Shown: in pieces, positions 23,101 through 33,700 of the stretch
How the letters are laid out: every line of letters starts with the position of its first letter
How positions within the stretch are numbered: the first letter of the stretch is position 1
Source: Klebsormidium nitens
Lineage: Eukaryota > Plantae > Klebsormidiophyceae
Length of the DNA: 45,499 bases
NCBI GenBank assembly: GCA_000708835.1
Contig: DF237620.1
Coordinates: forward strand, 1-45,499
Direction of reading: 5' to 3'
Notes under the pieces: model-generated
What the model saw: the letters and a program-made list of their open reading frames with translations, nothing else
What the model was told of the DNA's origin: nothing
Database searches by the model: none
Position numbers and translations under genes: made by a program

Positions 23101-26100
23101 AACACACTGCTGTTTGCGTCAAGATTGGCATCCGAGCTCGAATCGGAACGCCCGTTTTTCGATCCCGAGTCCCAATGTTGCTCCTGATGTTTCCCAAGCT
23201 ATCCCCCCGGAAGAACTCCGCACATCGATTTCTGGTCGCTAATTAAGGGAGACTTGGGTCGGCCGGAGTACTGCTGACTTTTTCCGGGGGCGTGTCCATC
23301 AACGATCGGAGATCGACATCGCAACTCGATATCGAGGATTTCGCGTCTCAGTCCGAGCTCGGGTGCCAAGTTCGACGCAAACAGCAGGACGAACCGACGA
23401 AGTCTTACCTCTGGGCAGATCCACAGCTGTCCTTGGGCCGTGACCTCCCCTCCGCCAACCGGTACAACCTTGATGCCGTGAATGTTGGCCATCTGCAAGA
23501 GTGACTTCTCCGTCAACAAAAGAGATCATTCTGTCCTCACGATGAAGAAGTGTGGGAAGACTGTGGAACAAACGCGTGGTATTTTACTTTGGCTATACTC
23601 ACCAAAAATGACAGAGTTAGTCAAGTACCCTCATTCCCCTTTGTCTCCCGATGCAACAAGACACTCGAGCCACAGTCTGGAAAAAGAATAGACTCAGCAA
23701 AGCCAGAACGGCCGCTGCTATTCATGTTTTACGACTAGTGGGGATACCTTAGTGCAGAAGTTCTGCAAGTCAAGTGAAGCGGGCAAGCGGCATGCCAATG
23801 CAACCAGCGCCTTACACAGGTGTCCGTATCAAAGTCGAAGCTCTCAACCGCCGAGCCGAATGGCACGTGGTCGAACGCCTCATAACCCTCGTTCCTCGTT
23901 GAAAGCCGATTCGCCTCGTTGTTTGAACGACCCCGCTCGTATTTGAGCAGGGAAACAGCTTGAGGTAAGGAATACGGAGTCAAATGGGGCTGATGTAAGT
24001 GCACCAAATTAGTGACATAAATGTGGTAAGCTCCTTACGCAGGTGTCGGTATCGAAGTCGAAGCTCCCCACCGCCGACTCGAACGGCACGTGGTCGTACG
24101 CCCCCACCGCCCCGGGGGTGTCCCGCAGCGCCGTCGACGCAAACGTCGGCGGGTCCACGGCCGCCACCGCCCTGCTGACGTCAGCGGCGGACGCCCTGAC
24201 GTGACCGCTGAAGACGGGTGCCTGCAGCAATGTGAGTGTGTTGGTGGTCCACGAAACTAACGCTCCTCGAAACAAGGGCTCGACCCAACTAGGGTTCCAG
24301 GTTTTCAGCAGACTGCGAGGATATTGCAGTCTGGATCAAGTCTTCACAAACTAGAGACTGCAAGTCGGAGTGCTACTTTGCACTTATCCAACTTCCAGGC
24401 TGCAGCTGAATCGACCAGCGTTTCGCAGCGTGGCACTCGTGCAACAGCAGCGTGACTATCGTCGAAACATCAGGACCATGCATCAACGCTTATTAATGAC
24501 GAACATTAATAGGAATTTATGATACTCTTACAAACGTCTAAAAAGATCTAAAGATATGGAAAGCTCTACCTCCAGCGCGCCCTGACAAAAGAAGTCGCCC
24601 CGCAGAACGCCCGCAACCGGGTACGGGGGCGGGCGTGCTTTCAAGGTTAGCATGAGTTGGTTAATCTCCACCCCCGGGATTTTGGCGGAGAATCGGTACT
24701 CCCCTCCGATCGGGTTAAGGTCCATATCGCCGGACATTGTCATGTTGACGAGGCCGTACCGGCCAGTCGCCTTGTGAAAGAACATGCGCTGATCCTCTAA
24801 GACCAAGTCTAACTCCGTCCTGCAAAATTGGTAGATGATTCTTTCAATAACTGTCACTGGCATTTTGTCCCTTTAGTAATTAGCACGAAAGGAAAGAGGA
24901 GCCACGATTTAAGGTTTGTTCGGGCCGTAGGAGCCGATCGCCTTGTCAAAGAACGTGCGCTGGTCTTCACAAAACTGGCAAGTATGAGTTTCTTCTCGCC
25001 GATACCATCTCAATTTGACTGTTTTCAATACACATCCTGTTCGCAACCCTTCAGCTTGTTACCAGTTCTCGACCGACCTAAAACCTGCAAGCTTCAAAAG
25101 TGCTTCTCAGAGCACGACGAACAGGACTACACAGCCAACAAGGTAAAACTTAGGGGGCAAAGAAAGTAGCAATTGTTGAAAAAATGGGCAACATCAAGAG
25201 TCCAGCTCAGTACTTACTCATGGAAGGAGGCGGGCGCATCCCAAATCTGGAAGTCGACGTCACGCGCTTTAACCGTTCCCCTCAGATGCGGAAACGTGTC
25301 CTCCTTATTCATCCACACAAACACGTCGCCCGTCGCAACCCCCGTTTTGATGTCGATAGGGATCTCGAGCAGGTGGTCCAAGTTCGGACCGTGAACTTCG
25401 TCCGCAAGGACTCGGACGTTCCAAGCGTGCGCCCTGGAAAGAAGGAGAAATGTTCAGAAATGCGGCCTGAGAAGCAGCGTAAGAGAGACGTGAGACTTGA
25501 TGCATATCATTGCACACGTAGAGGTGCTTGCACTCTGTTGATTGTCCGTATTCGGACCGTGGACTTCGTCCGCTAGTACTCGGACATTCCAAGCGTGCGC
25601 CCTGCAGATAAGGGGGGGACGCCAAATCATGCTCAAACTTTGACTTTCGCAAGGAAATTTAGACTCATCGATACAAATATGTAAGTGTTAGAGGTGCCAT
25701 TTTGGTCATTCGGACCGGAGCTCGGTTTGGCAACCATTCAGAACCCCGGAACCCTACCGTGCACTTGAGGCTACCCCCTCTTCTGAACTTTCACTCGCTG
25801 ATCGAACACGTGGACTGGTTGGGCTGTTCCTTTTGTGTTATTCCTAGGTTGAATCATACTTGCAGACGGGTCAGCAGCAGACATCTCCGAACTTTCTCTG
25901 GAAACGGAGCCGTTCGTCTTAGCTCAACGGCCCAGTTCTCGCCAGCGAACGACAGTTGACCTTCGTGAAGCTGATGCAAGCACCGGTCTCTGCGCAGAGG
26001 TCACCCCTTTTTGCTGACGCCACGTGGCCCTTTGAACAGATAGATTCAATGTGATGTGCTCACTCAGTATCCACATTGACCTTGACGCCGATGCGCCCAC

Positions 26101-29100
26101 CGTCGCCCTCGCCGCAGTCGGGCCGCTTTACTAGACGGCCCGCCACGTCGACCGCCACCTTGTTGTAGTCGTCTTCCAGATCGACCGTCGTCGACACGTC
26201 CTCCACTCTCCTGCGCAATGAATGACGAGAAGCTGTCTGAGAAAAGACCACATGAGAGTCATCGCCTTTGAAACAGCATCAACAGCGCCGTTCTGGTGCT
26301 TTTGGCCGTACAAACATTCTCCGATCTTCTGCGATCCGGCCTCTCAAACCGAGTCTGCCGATCCAATCGTTTGATCATCAAGATCTTGTGACGACAGAAT
26401 CCCTCGCGCCTCCATTTTGTACCAGATTAATAGTCGGCTGTCAGCTGGATGGCAGATAAGGAAGGATCATCGGAACCGGTCCACTTGCTGAAAGAAGTCG
26501 GGACGGAGATCAACTCTGCTGAACACGTGCATGCATCTTAAACCAACTTCGACAAGCGACAACCGGATCGCAAAGCCACTCGGCTTCCACCGTTTGAACT
26601 TTTTAAATATGCATCTCGAGAAACTCTTGTAGAAAACACATCAGTCCAGAGAAGCTGGTCAGTACAAAGAAGCTGGACAAACTCTTTGGCTTTCCGTCTT
26701 TAGAATCTCCACAGACTGCAGCACGAGGAGCGCGCTGAAAGGTGAAATGACGGCGCTTAGAACGCTTAGAACGGAGCTACGATCCTGTAACATGCGCTGT
26801 CCACCCAAAGAGTATTTCTGACGTGACGTCAAAGAAAAATGACACTTCCGATTGTCCAACACAGCAGGCCCCATCCCTCTCACCTGACAGCCTGGTCCCC
26901 AAAGGGGAGCAGCATCAGCGTCCCTTTCTTGATGACAACCTTTTCCAGCACCGCAATCGCCCGCTTCTTCTTCTCTTCCCGCGCTTCCTTCTTCGCTCCC
27001 GCTTTGTCCGTCTCCCCCTTGTCGCTCGCTCTTTCCGCTTCTGCATCCTCCCCCCCAACCCCTCCCGAAACCCCTCCCTCTTCGGCCTTGGCGTCTGTAC
27101 TCAAACCACCTGCAACGCTCTCTGCCTCTGGCACCCTTGCAGCTTCCCGCCTCTGAGAGGCGGACGCTGCCGCGCCCTTGGCCCTCTTGCCTTCCCTGTG
27201 CGCGTTTTGAGTCCCGCCCCCCGACGAGCTAGTACTCGCGGCCGACCCGCTCGCGCGCCGCTCGGCAAATACGTCAGCTTCTCGTCTGCTACTCTCCCCA
27301 CTTTCGCTTCTCCGCTCGCTCAACCCCCCCCTTCTTTCTGCTGCCGAAGCTGCCCCACTCGGCACGCCCGAACCCGCTTCCCCCTGCTTCGGCTTTTGCG
27401 AGCGGCTCTTTGTCGCTTGCTCCGCTTTCTCTGCCGCCAGTTTCCGCTGAATCGCGGCGATCAGTTGCTGCTTCAAAGGAACCACGGCCTCATCTTCCGG
27501 CGTCTCCGGTTTTGGAACGTTTGTCCCCACTACTAGTTCTTCTAACTTTCCTGCGTCCTCACTACCCGGGCCGGACTCCGACCGGCCAACTTCTATTGTG
27601 ACGTCACTGACTCGTCCCTCCTCAATTTCTATCGTATGCATCTCGGCATCAACTTCCGGAGAGACGCTCTCCTCTGTTTCCGACCCTGTCTCGTCTTCTC
27701 CCTTTTCTTCATCCGTAAGGACCTCGGCCTCGCTTTCGAGGGCTTCTCCGCTCCCGTCAAATCCGTCCTCTTCTTCCGCCAAACCACCAATCATTTCGAT
27801 CGTTTCGCCCTCCTCTTTCTCCCCTTCCGGAACCAATCCCTCGATCTCAGACCGCCCTTCCAGGAGTGCCTCAAGTAGCGGCAGATCCTCTACTGGCGGC
27901 GACATCACCTCGGAGCCCCGCTCGATCTCCGCTGCCCCTTCCAAATTTTCCCCCTCACGACTGGCTGATTCATCCGTCTCCCGTTGCCTCTCCACTTCCG
28001 TTCCTTTCTCCTCCGACCCCGCAAGATCCACTCTTGTCTGCTCGGCAATCTGCCGTCGTAGCTCCCTTTCTTTCCGCTTCTGTTCCGCCGCTTCCTCATC
28101 AGCTTTAAGGATTGTCTCTTCCTGCCTCCTTCCCGCCTCTAGTTCTCGCTCCCCCTGCCCACTTCCTTCCCCTCTCTCAATTGTTTCTTCTGCAACCTTT
28201 CCGCCCCTTTCCAAGAGACCTCTGCTTACCAGAAACCCCCTCGCACTCTCCGCCTGGACCCTCGCCCAGATCTCCCTCACGCTCCCCTTGCGCGCTTTCT
28301 CCCTTCTCCACCACCGCTTCCTCTCCACTCTAGTTTCCTTCTCCGACGCCCGCCCCACCATTCTCTCCAACTGTCGCCTCGCCATCTCAACCGCTTTCGC
28401 CTCCCTCGCCGCCTCCTGTTCGACCTTCTTCTCTTCCCGCGACTTTTTGATTTGCGCCGCCCGGCTATCCACTGCCCCTTGCACGACCTCCTCTTTCTTG
28501 TCCAACGGCTGCGGAATAGTGAGCCACGTAAAGTCGGGCTCTTGTGCCACTAACACTTGCGGCTCCTCAATCAGCGCTTCCAACACAATCTGCCTCTTCA
28601 GAATGCTCAACAGCAGATTGACCGTCACTCTCACGCTCGCCGCCTCCCCGCACGAGAACTCAGTCCCGCTCGGCCCCACCGCAGTGCGCCCCAACGTCAG
28701 CCCTGTAAACAAACTGACATTCGTCGCCGCGCCTAGTTCCACCTTCCTATCGAGTGCCTGGCTCACAACGCTTGCCGCCTTGGGAAGAACAAACTTTGTT
28801 AACACCCGCTTGGCGCACAGTTGACTGACGAAGAGGAAAGCTGCTAAGAGGCAGCCTCCGAGGAGGGGCTTAACCAATGGATGCTGGAGAAAGGCAGCAA
28901 GGAGGCGGGGGGGACTGGGAGGGGGGTGTGTCGTCCCGGTGCCATTGCAATGGTCGGTTTCCGGTGAGGCGATGTGGGGCTCCTGCAGGACACGAAGCGT
29001 TTTGTTCAACTAGTGAGCGATAGCGGTGAATTTTGAGTTGTATATGCAATCGACGGCGCGGCGTGTGTGTGCTTCCTACATTGGCTGTACCTCAAGTATT

Positions 29101-29927
29101 GTCAAAAGTCCATCTCAAGATTCTTTGGCTCCTTATTTCCCACTTCTTACCCGTACTGCAAGGAGCGTGCAGAGCATGAGAGCCCTTACAAACGCCACGT
29201 GAGTGACCACTCAATCTGAGCGCAGTTGATTAAATGACAATGAAGACCTTGCCCAACAAGTTCGAGCCACTTTCTTACATAAAGAAGGATCTGTGCTACA
29301 CTGGCAGCACCGGACGCAGCGGTCAAGCGAACCAGATCCCTTCCTTACCTGTACAAATGAGTGCCCGTTCGAGGCCATTCGTTCGGCTACGTTCTCGCCT
29401 CCTCCGTGTTTCTCAAGCGCCGGACGCCCTACAGCAATTTCTCCTAAGAGGTCATTGTGAAAATCCCCCAGTCCATTCTCCACTGGAAGGACCGGACTGT
29501 CTGAACTACCATCAGTTCCCCAATGCGGACCGTCCGAATCTGTTCCAGTCCTCCAATCAGGACTGATAGGAGACACACTGTCTTCACTGGATGCACGTAG
29601 CTCGAGAGACCTGCTCCGGCCCCGGTGCGGTTTGTTTGTGGAAGGGCCACGCCGTCTTCTCAACAGCAATGTTTCTACAGAGGCGCCGCAAAGACATTCG
29701 TAAGGAGAGGACTTTGTGTGCAGGTGTGCCGCAATCACATTCCTTCCACTACTTCTCCTAGTTGGCAGTATCAGCCTGCCCCCTAAGTTGCAGTCCCAGG
29801 GAGACAATGAGGTGCTGGAGGCAATTGAGTTCCTCGCGCCGAATGCGGCATCTGCAGATCTGCCACCCCAAAATGAGCTCCTGAGCTGTACACTTTTGGT
29901 CATTCTGGGGCACTGAGCTGCATTCAT
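5117..29927 (-). CDS. TIC236: TIC236 / EMB2410 (TamB-family chloroplast envelope protein linking TOC and TIC), 26 exons, ~2434 aa
   Basis: Exons in transcript order: 29349-29927, 26884-28982, 26064-26210, 25218-25433, 24570-24819, 24039-24221, 23409-23492, 22543-22703, 21752-21983, 20805-20909, 20330-20515, 18970-19194, 18312-18434, 17180-17305, 15943-16137, 14438-14664, 13444-13894, 12619-12942, 10400-10666, 9778-9900, 9045-9260, 8051-8269, 7245-7388, 6559-6693, 5677-5811, 5117-5269. All introns GT-AG, phases consistent, total 7305 nt. Peptides match plant TIC236 as I recall it (EFSCGE, LPLDELELASLRG, LPGLAELKGxWxG, LHMEGDL, FENGDVNLVATQV, AKVFESQLA, ARWRLVxAPQIP, C-terminal LLEYSASSQD). Exon 1 has a transit-peptide-like Ser/Arg-rich start; the start codon could be M1 or M9. 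Confidence 0.93.
6270..6445 (-). repeat. Two degenerate copies of the TIC236 exon 24 3' end in the following intron
   Basis: Minus strand gtgcccaaagtggaggcgcgcgcttccgg and ttgcctaaagtggaggcgcgcttttgcaccggc vs exon atgcctaaggtggaggcgcgcttccgcactggccag. Confidence 0.8.
7065..7725 (-). repeat. Echoes of TIC236 exon 23: one 3' end copy (7065-7110) and two 5' end copies (7490-7530, 7630-7670) with a CCAACGGAACGT micro-repeat
   Basis: gaagacgccagaggcgctctcgctaacag vs gaagacgctgaggcgctctcgccaacag; cctgcag-aaaatgggcatgatctggacgtccgattggtg vs cctgcag-ggaatggaccccaatctggacgtccgattggtg. Confidence 0.75.
8640..8955 (-). repeat. Echo of TIC236 exon 21 3' end plus shorter GTGCTGACGTCAGC relics
   Basis: 8880-8955 translates as LNWSLAED*VDADVSTKVEVPVRLQ vs exon LNWPLAEEEVDADVSTKVPVPVRLK; related palindromic fragments at ~8645 and ~8770. 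Confidence 0.8.
10757..11460 (-). repeat. Three copies of TIC236 exon 19 5' end in the preceding intron
   Basis: 10757-10825 near-identical with ttttgcag acceptor; 10870-10980 IRGIFSLLTSNGVTTISKGRLRPCLPNPL vs IRGTFSQPIANGMATISKGKMRSPVLPKPL; 11355-11460 heavily decayed. Confidence 0.8.
11705..11945 (-). repeat. Three copies of TIC236 exon 18 3' end, each with a GTGAGG donor
   Basis: QLEWIQETANIVLA|gtgagg, GTANIVSA|gtgagg, GTVNIVLA|gtgagg vs exon QLEWIQGTANIVLA|gtgagg. Confidence 0.88.
11985..12524. other. Assembly gap (540 N)
   Basis: Run of N; both flanks carry the same 17-mer cgaaaagtgagctatca (11968-11984 and 12525-12541). Confidence 0.98.
14295..15530 (-). repeat. Echoes of TIC236 exon 16: one 3' end copy (14295-14350) and five 5' end copies (14740-15530)
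   Basis: Units of roughly 180-200 bp encoding variants of TLASKGKDDDEPPDLSQADLSEEVPLPG, preceded by copies of the polypyrimidine tract/acceptor; 3' copy ends acggggggg|gtgagaa like the exon. Confidence 0.92.
15785..16570 (-). repeat. Echoes of TIC236 exon 15: one 3' end copy (15785-15850) and three 5' end copies (16215-16570) interleaved with CTGACGTCAG palindromes
   Basis: AVSSCGFVVDSLMEQLP|gtgggc vs AVSSCGFVAESLTEQLQ|gtaagg; ctgagcaacatgaagacaggcggtggcgtgtcaagctggacgtgc-type copies upstream. Confidence 0.88.
16950..17440 (-). repeat. ~110-bp tandem duplication at the start of intron 14 and a copy of exon 14 acceptor + first ~24 nt (17405-17440)
   Basis: gaaagaaaggagagccgtcttag...gaaagcggcgctgcttgtc repeated; ttgctccag|gtgacgcttgagaagctggccctga vs tttcag|gtgacgctcgagaagctggccctca. 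Confidence 0.8.
18690..20185 (-). repeat. Echoes of TIC236 exon 12: two 3'-part copies (18690-18900) and six 5' end copies (19265-20185)
   Basis: Recurring core caagacgagcacttgaagctagacgtc at ~19320, 19490, 19640, 19820, 19985, 20155; gcacctgccgctggacg copy at ~18870. Confidence 0.9.
21300..21720 (-). repeat. Three tandem copies of TIC236 exon 9 3' end with donor sites
   Basis: ERARVEAESNPVIE|gtgaga, ERVRVEAESKTVTE|gtgagg, EAKPKPVIE|gtgaga vs exon ERARVEAESKPIIE|gtagga; period ~140-160 bp. Confidence 0.9.
23805..23895 (-). repeat. Copy of TIC236 exon 6 3' end with intact donor
   Basis: AFDHVPFGSAVESFDFDTDTC|gtaagg vs AYDHVPFESAVGSFDFDTDTC|gtaagg. Confidence 0.9.
24925..25610 (-). repeat. 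Copies of the 5' ends of TIC236 exon 5 (24925-24985, decayed) and exon 4 (25545-25603, acceptor intact)
   Basis: gaagaccagcgcacgttctttgacaaggcga vs gaggatcagcgcatgttctttcacaaggcga; tctgcag|G GCG CAC GCT TGG AAT GTC CGA GTA CTA vs tttccag|G GCG CAC GCT TGG AAC GTC CGA GTC CTT. Confidence 0.85.
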
Positions 29928-30706
29928 AATTGCATAAACCTAAGGACCCCACTTAAGTATTCTACATTCTTCCACATGGAGCAAATGCAGTGAACAAAGC
30001 AGAATTGGCATGTTGCTGCCAGTGGTGCTCCCCTGACAATGAAAGCACTATCTAGGATTCTTTATGCCCCTTGCCGTCACGGCTAGCTGCACCTTGCCGT
30101 AGAGCGGCCTTAGACTGAAGAATGCGCCATGCACCTGGCGTCAAACCATTGGCATGGGCCATGGCTGCACTGTTCCATGCTGCAACAGAGAGAGGGCTCC
30201 TCTGGCTCTTGGATTTTCAGATCAGATATTTGACGACTGTTCAAGGTGTGTCCTATTTAGAATCAGAAACTGCATCTGCAAGACTTGCCCGTTTGCCTCG
30301 CCGCATTCTATGTACCTACATCAAGCAGGGCAAACTACATTTTTGAAGGATACAGAATTCTGAAACTTTCTGGCAACAGAGAATTAGGGTTTGTGTCAGA
30401 TTCAGAACCCTAAAACTTCAAAGGCAGCTAGCAGATTGGCTTAAAGTTAAACAGCAGCATGGCTGCCCCCATGCCCCCATGCAGCTGTTGCAAAAACAAT
30501 GTGGACCCTTTGTCTTGATCACTTTTCTCCAGCACCTGTCCAAAGGTGACATGCTGAGACCGTCTTCAGGACCCCTTGCGTTAAGCAGAGCTGCTTTCTT
30601 GCAGCAATTGGAGCTGACGCCCGTCTTCTGCAAGCTCCCAATTGGCTGGCCCCTGCAGACGGTTTCCAAGTGCCTCATCTCTAGGGGCAGCAAAAGGTTT
30701 GTTGCA

Positions 30707-33700
30707 ATGGGGGAAGAAAGCAATCATAAAGCTCTACTTCACGTCTTTTGGCACGATGACTGCCTCAAACACAACAACGGCGCAGGCTTCTTTGATATGC
30801 CCCAGGGGACGCTGCCAGATGACTTTCTTGAGGTGAAGGAGCCGCATCCGGAAGGGGTGGACCGGCTGAAGAACATGCGGAGCGTCCTGAAGGTACATTA
30901 GTATGCTTCTTATCCATCCTATAGCTGGCTCCACTTGTCCTGATACATTACCAATCATTTTGCAGCGAAGCCCAGGAGTTTGGAATGTCCGAATGCAATT
31001 CAAGCAGCTGCAGTACAATCTCCCAAAGGTATGCCCCTTTGGCCAACTGCTTGCGCACTTCCAGAAGACTGAGTTATGTTAGAAGAAATTGTGGTTGGGG
31101 GACCAGAGAAAGAGCTACAAAGGGGCATCGACGTCAGAATCCATTTAGACGACCAAGCCAAGATCTGTAGCCCCATGTTTACAACTGGCACTGTTGCTAC
31201 TTGGGAATTGGGGAAGCACGACTTCGAATCGATTTTGAACCTTCTGTTCCCTACTGAACCTCTTTATTGCCAGCGAACACTCTTGATACAGATGGAGTCA
31301 GCAGTGCTGTCGGGGGGCCTTAACCTCTGAGACAGCTGATGTCAGAGTCTAGTGATCTTAATCCCAATTTTGAAGACTTCATAGAAATCTTTGAGCTTAT
31401 TCATCTTCTGGATTAGAGCAGCCATTATGTGTACCAAACTTATTTCTTCTGTCCAGCCCCCCTCAGCTGTAAGGTACATCTCTGGCCTTTGAGTCCTTGC
31501 TTAACTCCAAACGAAAACCTACTGACAGAAACTTGATCAGAATCTTCCTTTGTTTCTTCCAGAAAGGGCCTATATCGAAGCACGTCCAATGGCATCACGG
31601 TCGAACCGCCACCGCCAAGCAACTGCTTCTCTTCCACAAACCTGATTACATTGAGAAACTAGAGGCGGCAGCCAAAGCCGCCGACGGTCATGGCGACAGT
31701 GTCATCATGGCCGGGGGCACCGTCATGAACCCAGGGAGTTACGATGCAATTCTAGCGGCTGCCGGCACAACTCTAGCCGCTCTAGATTGCATTGTCCAGG
31801 GAGCGGGGAAGGTTGCGTATGCGCTTGTGAGGCCGCCTGGACACCACGCACAGACAGACAGAGCGGACGGGTAAGTGTAGGAACACTTTGTGTCAAAGTC
31901 GTCGTTTTGACAGGTGCGATTCTGTTAGGACGAAGGTTGTCAGTTGGTAAAACAGGAGACAAGCAAATCTCGAGTGGTAAGACGTCCAAGTATGTTCGAT
32001 GATAGGTTTGCTGAATAGTCGAGTTGATTTCAGGCCACTCTCAGGTGCTAACTCCAGATGAAGAAAGTCTGCTGCCTTGCAAATAAACCTACTCCCTGCG
32101 AAATCATGATCTGAGGCAGACAAACCAGTGCGTCTGTGATGGGGGAAGCTCCTCTAGGGTCGAGAAATGTCGACTTGCATATCCCCTCTCCCGAGATCAT
32201 TGTAACTATTGAGACTCCCAAGAAGACTCCTATACTTCTGGGGCTTTGCCTCGAACCCCTACGAAGAGATGCACTTTCAATCGTAGAGCTTGTGAAGACA
32301 GCATAAGCCTACATGACGCTCAGCGCTTGCGAAGTCGTAAGTCGAAACGCAGACGAATCATATGAAGGCAAAAAATGTACTTTGTGGTCTTCAAGAACGA
32401 GCGCACTTATTGGTACTCATAAATCGCACACAAAAGTTCTGTTGCTAAACAAAACGAGAAAGCAGAATGGTCGAAGCTTAGTACACCGAGCACAATATTC
32501 TTGCTGGTGAACAAACTGAGAGAGCAGAACGAAATGATTAATGGTCTATAATCACGCCCTGCGACAATCATCCGGAAATTTTCTCTGACTAACCACATTT
32601 CTGGAACTGATCGCTGGACGTATGCTGCTGGCAGGTACTGCTTCGTAAACAACGCCGGCGTCGCGGTCGCCCAAGCGCGCCAGTCCGGCTTCGATAAGAT
32701 CGCGGTGATCGACATCGATGTTCATCACGGGAACGGAACTCAGGAGGGCTTTTACACTTCACCCGACGTGCTGACAATCTCCTTGCATATGGATCACGGG
32801 TCGTGGGATGAGGAAACGCATCCGCAGCAAGGTGCCACTTCGGAGCGGGGCGAGGGCTCGGGCGCCGGGTGAGAGTTGGCGTGATGCGAGAAGATTAGCT
32901 TTTTGATGGCTTCCCTTCTCAAAGAGCGGTCCTTGCTTAACTTGTCTTGTAGTCACCCATTGCTTTCCGGCTTGGTCGCGATTTGGAGTAGGGCGAATGA
33001 GAGAGAACTGATTTTAAGTATGGTTTCTCTTTGTCTGTTTCGTGCTCGATACCAAGGACGTTTTGCGACAGGGTTCGTGCCTCAAGAGCAGAGCAATATA
33101 AATTTCGGAAGCATCGGTTTCGAGTGAGTGGGTGTAACTTGCAATAGATTGCTCCAAGGTCCGTACCGATTGGACTGCGCGTTGGACGCTCTGAAGCATC
33201 CCGTGCTGACGTCAGCTGAGAACACTGTTGTCCTGTTCAGTCCGATGCGTCTCCTTAGTCAGCAGACGCGCATTCCAAGAAACGTTTCCAAGCCTGTACG
33301 TTTCCCGGGTTCGAAAATGCTGAGCTCTTACAAAATAGAGAAAAAGCAAAAACTCAGTGCTCCAGTTTACGCACTCTACACCGTGAACCAGCCTCAACCC
33401 CCCAAGTAACTCCAATCAACCCAGGCTGCTTTTTCTTTCTCCTAGATTTGAAAACATAGACTTCGTGTTCTTCCTGGGCGCGCCCGAGTTAGTACCAGGG
33501 CGCATTATTTTTGTCGTGCATACTGCAGGATGTGTGGAGCAGTTCTCGTAGAGTCCCTTGGGCTCTAGAGAAAGTCATCCCTTGGAGAAGACATCGTGAC
33601 AAGACATCGTTCTTCCCGTCATGAGTCGATTTACTGATTCGATGGCTTGGACTCTGACATGTTTCTCCAGCACGCAGCTTCGCAGCCATCCCATCTCACA

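Noticed and set aside
27598-28824. 408-aa Ser-rich plus-strand ORF (and 26823-27536)
   Set aside because: Antisense to the Glu/Arg-rich TIC236 exon 2; composition is explained by the opposite strand.
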